This document shows positions 1-9,406 of a stretch of DNA of 64,000 bases, in pieces. Made by a program: the position numbers and the translations under genes. Source of the DNA: a virus; IMG/VR virus record IMGVR_UViG_3300028920_000041, positions 56,931 to 120,930 of that record, one strand, 5' to 3'. How positions within the stretch are numbered: the stretch's first letter is position 1; every line of letters begins with the position of its first letter. Below the pieces are notes generated by a model. It saw only the letters and a list, made by a program, of their open reading frames with translations. It was not told where the DNA came from and searched no databases.

Positions 1-1
1 T

Positions 2-1669
2 AACATTAAGATCTTGAATTCCTCTGGTGTTGTAGAAACCAGTTCGTTTAGCTGGGACATCAGAGAGCCTTATATGATCGGTGACGATATCAACTTTGCT
101 CGTACCGATAGAAAACTCATCAAAGGCACTACCAACTACTATGATGCTGTTCCGACTTATGAGCGGCCTACAGCTATCGGTACTGACGTTGATGCAAACC
201 TGACAAACTTAGCAGGTAAGACAGCGGATGCTTTGACCACTGTCAGGAATGTTAAGCAGGAAGGTATCAAGCTTCGTCCATCGATTACCGATGGTGATGC
301 AACGCTAGCTATTGGTGATGAGACTTTCACCACAACGAACTATCACTTTACTTCAGACGATCTGAATTCGTTTATCACAATCAGTGGGTCAACGGATGCA
401 GACGGTACTTACCGTATTAAGACAGTAACAAGTGGTAACACACTTGAACTTGATGGACTCAATAGCGCCACAGCAGAGGGAACCATTACATGGGTCCTGG
501 AAGCAGATTTGAAGGGCGTTCTTTCTTCCAGGAAGTATGCAGACGCTGCCAATAGGATCGGTCTTCCTATTGCTGATAGCGGCGAGTATGACGAAACAAA
601 CTATGATGCTACTTACACCATGGTTGCCAATGGTGTTTCCGGTGGTGGGTCACCCCAAGAGGAAGATGGGGATGGGATTTATGGTCGTATGTTTGGTGAT
701 GAAAAAGATCCAAACAACACGACTTCAAATGAGGATACCAGGTTCTTTGTCCAGCTTGTTACCGGAGACAATGACGGGACAGCCGTAGACAGCTCGTTAG
801 AGGCTATCTCTGGTAGATCTGGTGCTGCAGCGTCGTTAGCGGGTAGCAATACCAATGTCTCTGGCCTTTCAGGCATGGTAACTGAGGACATTGGTCGATA
901 CATCTCCATTTGGAACCTTGCAGCCGATGAAGCAGGTCACTATCTCATTACTGCTGTGGTTTCTGCTACGGAAGTTACAGTAAGCCGTGGTTCTAGCTTC
1001 ACAGCAGATGCTTCCGGAGCTATCAACTGGCAGGTTTCTAGGCATCCCGATACTTGGGATTTCTATAACGGTGATAGGTACCGCAACGATCAACTTGATG
1101 AAGCGTGGGCAAGAACGCTTTTGGTTGGTGGTCTGGTTTCTGGTAGCGAAGTCACCGGCGCTATTGATGACTTGAGAGAGTTTGTTGGTGCTGCTGCTGG
1201 TGACACGACGCCAGGACTTACCAACACAGGTAACTACTACACGTTTTCAGATCTTGCTAATCCTGCAGATACGAGCCTTGAAGAAGCTGTCAACGTTATC
1301 AACCAAGAGATTGGGTCTAGAGACTACTCTGCAGGTGCTATTGCCAATGTTTCAGGCCTTGCAGACGGACAGGACATCACAGCCAGTATTGAGGCTATCG
1401 CGCTGGCTATCGGTGCTTCGTCTGTAACCAGAACCATTGAAAGGCTTGCTGCTGCTATCCCCAAAAACACAGCTTATACTATCCCGGTAACGTACACACT
1501 TGATGGGACAGGCAACGGTCGGAACCTTTGGGTTTTTGTCAGAGGGGTTCTGCAAGATCCTGGCACCAAAGCTGCTGGAGACAACTACGCTGAAACGTCT
1601 ACTACACAGCTTACGTTCTATAAGCTTGTTTCAAGTGGAGACCACATCAACTACTTCTTACTCCAGTAA
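2..1669 (+). CDS. Virion structural protein, 5' truncated by window edge
   Basis: Frame is open from position 2. Thr/Ser/Gly/Asp-rich beta-type sequence with two copies of the 'GD.i.i....DG.Y.I..V.s...l' module also seen in the sheath; C-terminal 'LWVFVRGVLQ...NYAETSTTQLTF' segment typical of phage virion proteins. Confidence 0.7.
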   Translation, partial: NIKILNSSGVVETSSFSWDIREPYMIGDDINFARTDRKLIKGTTNYYDAVPTYERPTAIGTDVDANLTNLAGKTADALTTVRNVKQEGIKLRPSITDGDATLAIGDETFTTTNYHFTSDDLNSFITISGSTDADGTYRIKTVTSGNTLELDGLNSATAEGTITWVLEADLKGVLSSRKYADAANRIGLPIADSGEYDETNYDATYTMVANGVSGGGSPQEEDGDGIYGRMFGDEKDPNNTTSNEDTRFFVQLVTGDNDGTAVDSSLEAISGRSGAAASLAGSNTNVSGLSGMVTEDIGRYISIWNLAADEAGHYLITAVVSATEVTVSRGSSFTADASGAINWQVSRHPDTWDFYNGDRYRNDQLDEAWARTLLVGGLVSGSEVTGAIDDLREFVGAAAGDTTPGLTNTGNYYTFSDLANPADTSLEEAVNVINQEIGSRDYSAGAIANVSGLADGQDITASIEAIALAIGASSVTRTIERLAAAIPKNTAYTIPVTYTLDGTGNGRNLWVFVRGVLQDPGTKAAGDNYAETSTTQLTFYKLVSSGDHINYFLLQ

Positions 1670-1677
1670 TCAGTAAC

Positions 1678-1899
1678 ATGCTAAAAGCCAACCTCACCCT
1701 TAATCATTTGCTGGAAGATCACGAACTATATCCTCGCAACGGTTTGTGTAAGTCTGGTCATAAGGTTGAGGGTGAGGTTAGGTTCTTTTATATCTCTGGT
1801 GAAACCCTACCAAGCCATAGGTGGGGTGCTTACTGTGAAGGTTGTGTCAAAGCAGCGTTTGACTTGAACCATGCAAGGAAGACTAATGTCAACAGATGA
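1678..1899 (+). CDS. Small hypothetical protein with possible Zn site (CKSGH...CEGC)
   Basis: 73-aa ORF packed between neighbours, with paired Cys/His motifs. Confidence 0.55.
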   Translation: MLKANLTLNHLLEDHELYPRNGLCKSGHKVEGEVRFFYISGETLPSHRWGAYCEGCVKAAFDLNHARKTNVNR

Positions 1900-2422
1900 A
1901 GTGTCAACAGCTCAAAAGAGGCATGGTACGCTAAGAGAAAACATCGCTAGGCTTAGAGTAGAGCTTCGTTCTTTGCTCGAAATGGGTGCTGGTATAGGGG
2001 ACTTTGAAGTTATCTTGTTTCGGTTGTTGAAAGAGTTTGAGACGAGTAGGATAAGAGCAGAAGCAGCACATAGAGATCTAGAGAAGAAACTAGCTTATGT
2101 GGAAGCAGATATTCGCGCTGCATCGGCTTACAGTGAATCTTTGATTACACTTGTCGAAGGCTATCGCAGCGAAGCCAAACAAAAGCAAGAAAAAGTGGAG
2201 TATAAGCTTACAGAAGATGTTATTCAGAATGTTTGTGCTTGTGGTTGTACGGACGAAGAGGACGAAAAAGAGTGTAAATGTTCTTGTCATCAAGGGACTC
2301 CTTGTGATGTTCCATGGTGTGTACCTTGCAGGGAGATAGAAGGTGTGAAGCCAACACCACATCCACATGCTAGAAACAAAACTACGCCACTCCATGGATC
2401 TGCCCGGCCCGGAACACAGTAA
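1871..2422 (+). CDS. Coiled-coil protein with Cys-rich C-terminal cluster
   Basis: Helical heptad-like N-terminal half, then CACGC...CKCSCH...C....C..C (9 Cys). Confidence 0.65.
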   Translation: MQGRLMSTDEVSTAQKRHGTLRENIARLRVELRSLLEMGAGIGDFEVILFRLLKEFETSRIRAEAAHRDLEKKLAYVEADIRAASAYSESLITLVEGYRSEAKQKQEKVEYKLTEDVIQNVCACGCTDEEDEKECKCSCHQGTPCDVPWCVPCREIEGVKPTPHPHARNKTTPLHGSARPGTQ

Positions 2423-3147
2423 TGACAGGTCTTCGTAAAGCAGACTTTGTTGATGTTGAGATTGTGGACCAAGAAGAGCTTGGTTCTGATGGCTCTTTGT
2501 CCATATTCACCGGAGCTACTGTTACTTCGTGTACGTCTTCAACAAAGAGGGTTGTCTGTTCAGGAACCCTCTTCATAAACGGTGATACAGATGAAACACT
2601 GGAGCCAAAAGACGTTGTCACAATAGCAGGATCTACAGCCGCAGATGGAACGTACACAGTAGACTCTATTGTCAGTGATACTGAATTTGATGTAGTTGAA
2701 GCTATATCAGACTCTACAGGCGGAACGCTAAGCGCGGTTCACCCTCCAGGAGCTAGGAAAGTAGGATTTGATTCAACAGGCCTTACACATACAACAGCAG
2801 ACAATTTACAAGATGCAATAGAAGATCTAGACGGGGCAATTTCTGATGGGGGTATAACAGAAGCCCAACACGAAGCTCTTGATACCCTAACCCATGATCT
2901 GACAGAGAGCCACACGGTTACTATTACTAAAGCGTCTGGTAAGGTATCTCAAGTACTAGCTGAAGTCACTCCAGGCGGTACGGATATTAGGAAGGTAGAT
3001 ATACTGACTAGAACGGGCGGTAAAGTGAATACTCTTCGAGTCACACAGTATGCAGCAAATGGAACGACTATAGAAAGACAACTTGATTTAACTCTCAATC
3101 GAACGGACGGTAAAGTAACGTCTATCACCGTAGTAAGGACTGTGTGA
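2422..3147 (+). CDS. Putative virion structural protein
   Basis: TAATG coupling to the previous gene; contains the 'DVVTIAGSTAADGTYTVDSIVSDTEF' beta module. Confidence 0.65.
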   Translation: MTGLRKADFVDVEIVDQEELGSDGSLSIFTGATVTSCTSSTKRVVCSGTLFINGDTDETLEPKDVVTIAGSTAADGTYTVDSIVSDTEFDVVEAISDSTGGTLSAVHPPGARKVGFDSTGLTHTTADNLQDAIEDLDGAISDGGITEAQHEALDTLTHDLTESHTVTITKASGKVSQVLAEVTPGGTDIRKVDILTRTGGKVNTLRVTQYAANGTTIERQLDLTLNRTDGKVTSITVVRTV

Positions 3148-3148
3148 T

Positions 3149-3778
3149 ATGTTCTTTATTGTCGAAGTAGACAATGACGGGTTCCAGATACTGGACGTAA
3201 ACGGCAACCCAATCATCTCTAAAGATAGGGGTGACGGAGATAGGTTAGGCGTTGATGCTACTATTGCTCCAGGCCAATCAATCAGTTTAGAGCCTGTCTC
3301 ATCTAACGTAAGCCAGTCCTTTAGGGAATACTGTGAGAATGGTGGTTCTGAAGATCTAAGGGTTGATGGGAGTAGCTCTGCTGTTGATTTTGTGGTTAAT
3401 GCTGACGCTACCGATGATATTCGTATAAGTGAAATTCGTTTTTTGTTAACTATAACCAATTTCAGAGAGAATGGATCTATGTTTGGACAAGATCCAGAGC
3501 TTACCAATGGTATCCTCTTGTCTATTAGGTCGAATAGCATTGATAAAGACTTAATCAATATTACGCTATCGGAGCATTTTAGAGAGTTATTTAGTCATTC
3601 AGGAACAACGGTAGATCGTAGCGGCAATAATGATGTGGTTAGTGCTGGTATTTATTTTGGTGGTGCTGTTTCTCTTGTCGGAGGGAGCAGTGATTATGTC
3701 AGAGTTAGAGTTAGAGATGATCTGACTGATAATGAGTATAAGTATTTTACATGCACAGTCACAGGAATCAAAGGTTAG
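3149..3778 (+). CDS. Putative virion protein, paralog family A (DGSS...ELTNG...RDDL)
   Basis: Motifs shared with the C-terminal domains of 3782-5020 and 5406-6425. Confidence 0.65.
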   Translation: MFFIVEVDNDGFQILDVNGNPIISKDRGDGDRLGVDATIAPGQSISLEPVSSNVSQSFREYCENGGSEDLRVDGSSSAVDFVVNADATDDIRISEIRFLLTITNFRENGSMFGQDPELTNGILLSIRSNSIDKDLINITLSEHFRELFSHSGTTVDRSGNNDVVSAGIYFGGAVSLVGGSSDYVRVRVRDDLTDNEYKYFTCTVTGIKG

Positions 3779-3781
3779 ACT

Positions 3782-5020
3782 ATGCCGGTCACTACTGAAG
3801 AGTCTAAGGGCTTAAATGCTTCTGACGAAGAGACTCCTTTACGGATAGATGTTAACAACCGTTTGTTGGTTTCTACACAAGATGAACTTCATCCTGGTTT
3901 TCTTGCTGTAAAGACAACTGCTGCAGCTTTACCCGCTTGCATTACTTCTACAGGGACAGCGCCTTTTGCTATTGGTGGCGAGACGCTCAATATCAAGGTC
4001 AACGGGGTGGCGCAGTCCGTAACGTTTTCGACGACGCCTGCCACGGCCGGAACGTCAACATCTGACTACGACCCAGCCACCTCGAATGCGTCGAAGAACA
4101 AGTTCAAGATCAGCATTGATGGTGGGGCTTCTACAGAAATTGAAATTAGTAAGAGTCTGACAAGTGGTGTGGCTATAGCCGCTGATATTGAGGATGAAAT
4201 TCAGTCTGAGGTACCTAACGGTGGTAGCGCAACGTGTGACTATGATTCATCTGCTCCGGGTAAATATCGTGTTACAAGCGGTACCACAGGATCTAGTTCT
4301 AGTGTAGTTATTGTTGATTCTGGTAAGAGCAATATGGCTGCTATCTTAAAAATGGGAGTAGTCAATGGAGGACTTGAGATTGTAGGCACAGATGCTAACT
4401 CGTATAGTGTTTATGATGTTGTTGAAGAGCTAAACTCTCAGCTTTCAGATATTAGTGCATATGTTATTGATGGTGATGTTGCAATAAAAACACTAGATAT
4501 AGGGGCTTCTACAACCTTAGAAGTGACCGGAGGGGCAGCCAATACAGATCTAGGATTCACGACAGACGAAGTAACAGGCTCTGCACCTTCCGGAGCAACA
4601 GATTTAGCTGTAGATGGCAGTTCAGTACCTGTGGTTTTTAGAGTACCGCTTCATTCTCAGTACAAGTACGTTGTTACAAGGATCGTTTATGCTATCCGTG
4701 ATGCCTCTGCTTCCAACAATACATTTGGAGGACTCGCAGAGCTAACAAATGGAGTCAAGGTGGAGGTTGAAAACTACAGTGAGCCATTACACGAATGGTT
4801 TATCGTTAAGACGAATTCAGAGTTACTCTCTCGGGCTGGTAGAGGTCAGCTCATAATCAGTGCATACGCTACAGACGATCTTGTGTATGCTGATTTTGTT
4901 CTGAGCCCCGGTATTGTTTTAAGACCCGGAAGCTCTGACACTGTGCAGTTTACAGTTCAAGATGATCTGTCCGGTCTTACAGCGTTCGATATATTGGCAG
5001 AAGGATACTTGTATACATGA
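3782..5020 (+). CDS. Putative virion protein, family A with N-terminal beta domains
   Basis: C-terminal DLAVDGSSVPVVFRV...FGGLAELTNG...VQDDLSGL domain; Ser/Thr/Gly-rich N-terminal part. Confidence 0.65.
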   Translation: MPVTTEESKGLNASDEETPLRIDVNNRLLVSTQDELHPGFLAVKTTAAALPACITSTGTAPFAIGGETLNIKVNGVAQSVTFSTTPATAGTSTSDYDPATSNASKNKFKISIDGGASTEIEISKSLTSGVAIAADIEDEIQSEVPNGGSATCDYDSSAPGKYRVTSGTTGSSSSVVIVDSGKSNMAAILKMGVVNGGLEIVGTDANSYSVYDVVEELNSQLSDISAYVIDGDVAIKTLDIGASTTLEVTGGAANTDLGFTTDEVTGSAPSGATDLAVDGSSVPVVFRVPLHSQYKYVVTRIVYAIRDASASNNTFGGLAELTNGVKVEVENYSEPLHEWFIVKTNSELLSRAGRGQLIISAYATDDLVYADFVLSPGIVLRPGSSDTVQFTVQDDLSGLTAFDILAEGYLYT

Positions 5021-5415
5021 GAATTTGTGCTGAATGTGCAGCTTGTTGTCGGTCCCTTATAGTTGAAGAACTTTCTAAGCCAACTAATACGAAGTGTAGG
5101 TTCCAAGACATTGGATGTTTGGTTTACCACAATAGGCCTAAGTCTTGTAGAGGCTTCGATTGTGCTTGGAAGATTAATATGATCGGGTTTGAGTCAGAGA
5201 GCATGAGACCTGATAGGTGTGGTATTGTAGCAACTCCTTGCTCTACAGATCATGGTACTGGGTTAGCTCTTTTCGAAGTATGGTTAGATGCTGCTATAGA
5301 CAGTCGTATACAAGACATCATCATAAAGTACAACAAAAGATATCCTATCATGATAGTTCCTCCAAGTGGCAATAAAGGTAACCTCTTCGATATACATGGT
5401 GCACTATGCGAGTAG
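5017..5415 (+). CDS. CxxCxxCC (YkgJ/UPF0153-like) cysteine-cluster protein
   Basis: CAECAACC...C......C..Y..RP.SC..F.C pattern of the YkgJ/FliB Zn- or Fe-chelating family. Confidence 0.75.
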   Translation: MRICAECAACCRSLIVEELSKPTNTKCRFQDIGCLVYHNRPKSCRGFDCAWKINMIGFESESMRPDRCGIVATPCSTDHGTGLALFEVWLDAAIDSRIQDIIIKYNKRYPIMIVPPSGNKGNLFDIHGALCE

Positions 5416-6425
5416 TAGAGCTTCCAGCAATACGATCTATAGATGGTGTTCCTGTTTCTGCAAAGAGGATTCTTAAACCGGGTCAAGTATCTTTTAAGAG
5501 ACATGACAACAATACAGAGCAGATGAATGTTAATGGAGAGTCTTCTGGTACGGCTCTTGTTGTTTGGAATGGAACCGGAGTAGGCGATACGGGAGGAGAT
5601 TGGTCTGTATCAGGAGTAGGTTCTGAAACTTCAGGATCTATGTATTCAGGTACAAATGGATGGGATACCGGAGTCACGTCTTCTGGCAACAATACAACGC
5701 TTGACAATGGGTCTATGATTGATGTTGATGGCACCTATGATGAATTGAAGTTTTGGTTACAGCCGAAAGCGTATCCTGCAGGATCTAGGTTAAGAGTTGT
5801 GTGGTTGGATTCTAGCAATACAGCTATCGGACGCAGTATTCTAGTATCTAATTACACTGAAGACATGGATCTAGACACTTGGCAACAGATAGCTATACCT
5901 ATCAGTGATTTCAACTTGACGGGAAATGTTCAGAAGCTTCGTTTTATGTACATGAATGCCAGTGGACAGCAGTACTATCTAGATGACATAGATCTAGTCC
6001 ATTCAGGTGGTGGAGGCCCTTATAGATTTCAAGTTGAGGCACCGGACGCTAACACTAGATACCATCTTTCTATGCTCGTGTTGATGATAGCAGGGCCGGG
6101 GTCTTCGTGGAGTCCGTCCACATTTGCAAACATATCTGCGCTTTCAAAAGGGCTATTGTTAAGGCAAAGAAGAAAGTCAGATGGTGAGATCTTGTGGAAG
6201 AGAAACAGTAAAGACAACCTAGCTCTGTTTGGTAGGTACCATCCTCAAGATGATATCACTTACTCAGATGGTACACTTCAGTTAGGTTTTATGATGAAAC
6301 CAGGTAGGGCAGATGTTCTTATTACATATGATGAGATACTAGAGTTTGTTGTCAGAGATGATCTAAGTAGCATAACAGAGGCAAGAGCTTATGCAGAATT
6401 TGGTATAGAAGAGGCTTCATCATGA
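5406..6425 (+). CDS. Putative virion protein, family A with inserted carbohydrate-binding-like jelly roll
   Basis: Central LKFW...WQQIAIPISDF...LRFMY...YYLDDIDL pattern (galactose-binding-domain-like); C-terminal ALSKGLLL...VVRDDLSSI family-A motif. Confidence 0.65.
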   Translation: MRVVELPAIRSIDGVPVSAKRILKPGQVSFKRHDNNTEQMNVNGESSGTALVVWNGTGVGDTGGDWSVSGVGSETSGSMYSGTNGWDTGVTSSGNNTTLDNGSMIDVDGTYDELKFWLQPKAYPAGSRLRVVWLDSSNTAIGRSILVSNYTEDMDLDTWQQIAIPISDFNLTGNVQKLRFMYMNASGQQYYLDDIDLVHSGGGGPYRFQVEAPDANTRYHLSMLVLMIAGPGSSWSPSTFANISALSKGLLLRQRRKSDGEILWKRNSKDNLALFGRYHPQDDITYSDGTLQLGFMMKPGRADVLITYDEILEFVVRDDLSSITEARAYAEFGIEEASS

Positions 6426-7141
6426 GTGTTAATCTGAAGAGACCCTTAGAGACATCAGACCGTAAGCAGTACATTAGATCTTCAGCGTACACTCTTGGTA
6501 CACGTCTTTACATAGCCGGGTGTGGAGATCACAGAACCAATGGTACAGGTAAGGGGTCTCGGTTTGAAAAGGAACACAGTTCGTCAGGACTTTCTTCTTG
6601 GTATCCTTTTCAATTTAACGATTGGGTGGAATTAGGTGGCGGTGGGATGTGGTATAAGAATGCTGTTTACGGTGACTATGTCACATTCAGAATGTACGCA
6701 CCAGCTACAGAGATAGTTGAAAACGCGGGTAACGGAAACTGTAATGTGCACGCTTCTGGGATCTTAATCCCTGCTAGTGATGATGGCTCACATGATGTGG
6801 ACTTGACAACAGCGGACAAAGCGATTCCTTTGATTACATCCGGTGGATTCTGGGACTGGAGCTATCCGGATACAGGCCTAGGATCTTGTACTCCAGCACC
6901 TTCAGGGACTGGTAACTGCAATTTGGTGCCTGCCGAGGTTGCTATACACACCTACGTTGCCGATGTTGGGATCTTAGGTGATGGTTACTTGAATGTCACT
7001 TTCCCTGGAGTAGACCCAACACGGTTTTTACCGCATTGGAAGATGGCTTGTAGGATCTATAATACAGATGGCTCTCACACTATACAGCTCACATGGGAAC
7101 TTGAGGTAGCTCGAATGAGCGGAGTTATAGACTACTCATGA
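6422..7141 (+). CDS. Hypothetical protein, probably virion-associated
   Basis: 239-aa ORF coupled by ATGA overlaps at both ends; Gly/Trp-rich beta character. Confidence 0.55.
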   Translation: MSVNLKRPLETSDRKQYIRSSAYTLGTRLYIAGCGDHRTNGTGKGSRFEKEHSSSGLSSWYPFQFNDWVELGGGGMWYKNAVYGDYVTFRMYAPATEIVENAGNGNCNVHASGILIPASDDGSHDVDLTTADKAIPLITSGGFWDWSYPDTGLGSCTPAPSGTGNCNLVPAEVAIHTYVADVGILGDGYLNVTFPGVDPTRFLPHWKMACRIYNTDGSHTIQLTWELEVARMSGVIDYS

Positions 7142-7215
7142 GTACAACAGACACAATAGTCATTATTAGTCTGTTTGTGCTGTTTCTGGCTCTAGTTATC
7201 ACAACGGTAAGATAA
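7138..7215 (+). CDS. 25-aa single-TM micro-protein (not in ORF track)
   Basis: MSTTDTIVIISLFVLFLALVITTVR; ATGA overlap with the upstream stop and TAATG overlap with the downstream start fill the gap exactly. Confidence 0.6.
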   Translation: MSTTDTIVIISLFVLFLALVITTVR

Positions 7216-7538
7216 TGGACTACGGACCTATTTTAGACTGGTGGATCTTGCCTCACTTTTGTTTCTTTCTGTTCTTGGCATCTTCTATCCATGCAAAGTG
7301 GGAACCTGTGTGGTGGGAACACATAATTCTCTGTGTTATGCTTTCTATTGCGTGGGAAGTGCCAGAGTATTTTTTGCAGAGAAAGTACATAGAGACATGG
7401 GTTGTGGTAGAACACCCTGTCAACTCATGGGTGATAGATCCTATTTCTAATGGTGCAGGTTGGTTCGTCGGTACTCTCATTGGTGCGTGGTCCAAATCTC
7501 GTAAGAGGTATTCACCTAGCAACAGGCACCTAAAATGA
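7215..7538 (+). CDS. Small polytopic membrane protein
   Basis: About three hydrophobic segments with H...WE...D residues reminiscent of VanZ/DUF2238-like membrane proteins. Confidence 0.55.
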   Translation: MDYGPILDWWILPHFCFFLFLASSIHAKWEPVWWEHIILCVMLSIAWEVPEYFLQRKYIETWVVVEHPVNSWVIDPISNGAGWFVGTLIGAWSKSRKRYSPSNRHLK

Positions 7539-8071
7539 CCCATAGAGGCAGGGGTCCTATAGACATCACGATAGGGTTCTCAACGACTAACAAATTTATG
7601 TCAAGGGTGATCCGGTTTGTCACAAGAGCACCTTGTAGTCATGCTTGGATTTCTTTCTATGATGCTACGCTTGGTATGAAGATGGTAATGCAGGCGGAAT
7701 GGTGGGGGTTTGAACTCAGGCCTTGGAAGAGATGGCAAAAAGAAAACACTCTAGTAGCAGAATTTGGCGTTTATGGAGGTGGCTACTACTCAAGTCTTAC
7801 AGACTTAGCGAAATGGCTTGGATCTCGATACGATTTTAAAAGCGCTCTATTGGTTGGTGTTTCTAGCTGGTTCAAGTATTGGTTTAAGTCAAAATTCAGC
7901 ATCCGGCCAAGTAGAACACCACACAAGCTCATGTGTGCAGAGTCCGTAGTTCGCTTTTTACAGAGTAACGATTGCTCCGCTGTCTATGACTTAGATCCTG
8001 AGACCACTTCTCCAGGCGAGCTATTAAAGGTGCTTTCATCATCAAAGAAGTTTCTAACAAGAGGCCAATAA
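7535..8071 (+). CDS. Permuted papain-like NlpC/P60 (YaeF/YiiX, C92-like) enzyme
   Basis: N-terminal 'CSHAWISF' His, central 'G.RYDF', C-terminal 'LMCAESV' Cys and 'SPGEL': the permuted His-then-Cys order. Confidence 0.75.
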   Translation: MTHRGRGPIDITIGFSTTNKFMSRVIRFVTRAPCSHAWISFYDATLGMKMVMQAEWWGFELRPWKRWQKENTLVAEFGVYGGGYYSSLTDLAKWLGSRYDFKSALLVGVSSWFKYWFKSKFSIRPSRTPHKLMCAESVVRFLQSNDCSAVYDLDPETTSPGELLKVLSSSKKFLTRGQ

Positions 8072-8740
8072 GTGCCTACGCTAGAGGACAAGTTCGATCT
8101 AGGTAAGACAATAGGGTCTATTGAATCCAGTGTTGGTTCAATTCAAAACACTGTTGATAAAGTCAACCTCAAGGTTGATTCACTAGGCGACAAACTCAGT
8201 CACTTGAACCATACCACAGTCAAGAAAAATGAATGCTCAGAGGGTTGCGGCAAAGTAGAGAGAAAGGTTGATTCTGTACGTCAAGAGCTTGTAGGGATCA
8301 GACAAGACCTTGCAAAGAAGCAAACACGTAAGGAAGTCCCAACACTCAATTCATTTGCAGATGACACGAAACGATTTAGGGTAAGCTCTGTTATAAGTCC
8401 TGTTGCTATAGAGGAAGAAAAACCTTCTAAGAGGAACATCCTTCAGAGAGTGAAAGATAATGCTGTAGCGATAACAGCGATCATAGGATTCTTGACACTT
8501 GTTGGTGCTGGGTTCTTAAACCTAGCTCGATTCGTTGTCAGAGTAGAAACTGTGTTAGAAGAAAACAAGCAAGCCACAAAAGCACAGACAAAGAAGCTTG
8601 AAAAAGAGATCCGACGTATTGACGAATCCAAGCCCCGTATCGTCTACCTGCCGGCCAGGCCAGATGCGCGAGTCAAGCCAAGACCTGCCCGGCCAAGGCC
8701 TCGGCGCAGTCGTCGGACAAGCCGCCCCACGCCTCCCTGA
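8072..8740 (+). CDS. Coiled-coil membrane protein (holin/XhlA-like candidate)
   Basis: GTG start; N-terminal coiled coil, one TM (AITAIIGFLTLVGAGFL), Arg/Pro-rich tail. Confidence 0.5.
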   Translation: MPTLEDKFDLGKTIGSIESSVGSIQNTVDKVNLKVDSLGDKLSHLNHTTVKKNECSEGCGKVERKVDSVRQELVGIRQDLAKKQTRKEVPTLNSFADDTKRFRVSSVISPVAIEEEKPSKRNILQRVKDNAVAITAIIGFLTLVGAGFLNLARFVVRVETVLEENKQATKAQTKKLEKEIRRIDESKPRIVYLPARPDARVKPRPARPRPRRSRRTSRPTPP

Positions 8741-8816
8741 ATCGCGGTTAGGGACATCTGACCCATAGGACTGCGGCCAAGCCCAAACTCAGCACACAGA
8801 GGCTCTGAACCCTCCC

Positions 8817-9257
8817 ATGCCGACTCTGACAGAATCCATCAAACAGCTTGGAGCAAATTACGTGATTACCCAAGGCAGGTACAACCTCACAGCGGATGCA
8901 CTTCGGTTAAGAGACATCAAACCAATTCACTGTGGTGATAAGTATGTTTTTGAATTCAGTCTACAGAACCCGGATGGATCTGAATACGACCTTACAGGCA
9001 AGACTGTCAGGTTTACTGCAAAGTATGTGGTTGGGGATGGTGAAGCAAGCGCTATTGTCCAAAAGACAGGCGTGATAACCAATCCTCCAGGAACCGATGG
9101 ATTAGTTACAGTGACTCTAACTCCGACAGATGTATCCGGTCCAGAGTTGATAAGAGGACTTTATGATCTGCAAGTAGCAACAGATGCAACAGACCCTGAA
9201 ACGTTCATTTGGGGTGACATAGAGTTCCTGCCAAACATCACAGAGACAGTGCCATGA
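8817..9257 (+). CDS. BppU-like Ig-fold virion protein
   Basis: GDKYVFEFSLQNPDGSEYDLTGKTVRFTAK...GLVTVTLTPTD...YDLQV pattern of the BppU N-terminal family. Confidence 0.65.
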   Translation: MPTLTESIKQLGANYVITQGRYNLTADALRLRDIKPIHCGDKYVFEFSLQNPDGSEYDLTGKTVRFTAKYVVGDGEASAIVQKTGVITNPPGTDGLVTVTLTPTDVSGPELIRGLYDLQVATDATDPETFIWGDIEFLPNITETVP

Positions 9258-9397
9258 ATGAGTCTATAAGAGAAGTGTTGAAAGAGCATTGTCTAACAGA
9301 AGACAAAAAGATTGTAGCATACCACGGTGGACCTAAACCTATCCGTAGATTTGATCCAAAGAGAGTCAAAGTTGTTAAGACAGAAAAGATTAAGTAA
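9254..9397 (+). CDS. 47-aa protein with YHG motif (not in ORF track)
   Basis: MNESIREVLKEHCLTEDKKIVAYHGGPKPIRRFDPKRVKVVKTEKIK; ATGA-coupled to the upstream gene. Confidence 0.5.
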   Translation: MNESIREVLKEHCLTEDKKIVAYHGGPKPIRRFDPKRVKVVKTEKIK

Positions 9398-9406
9398 AGT
9401 ATATCC

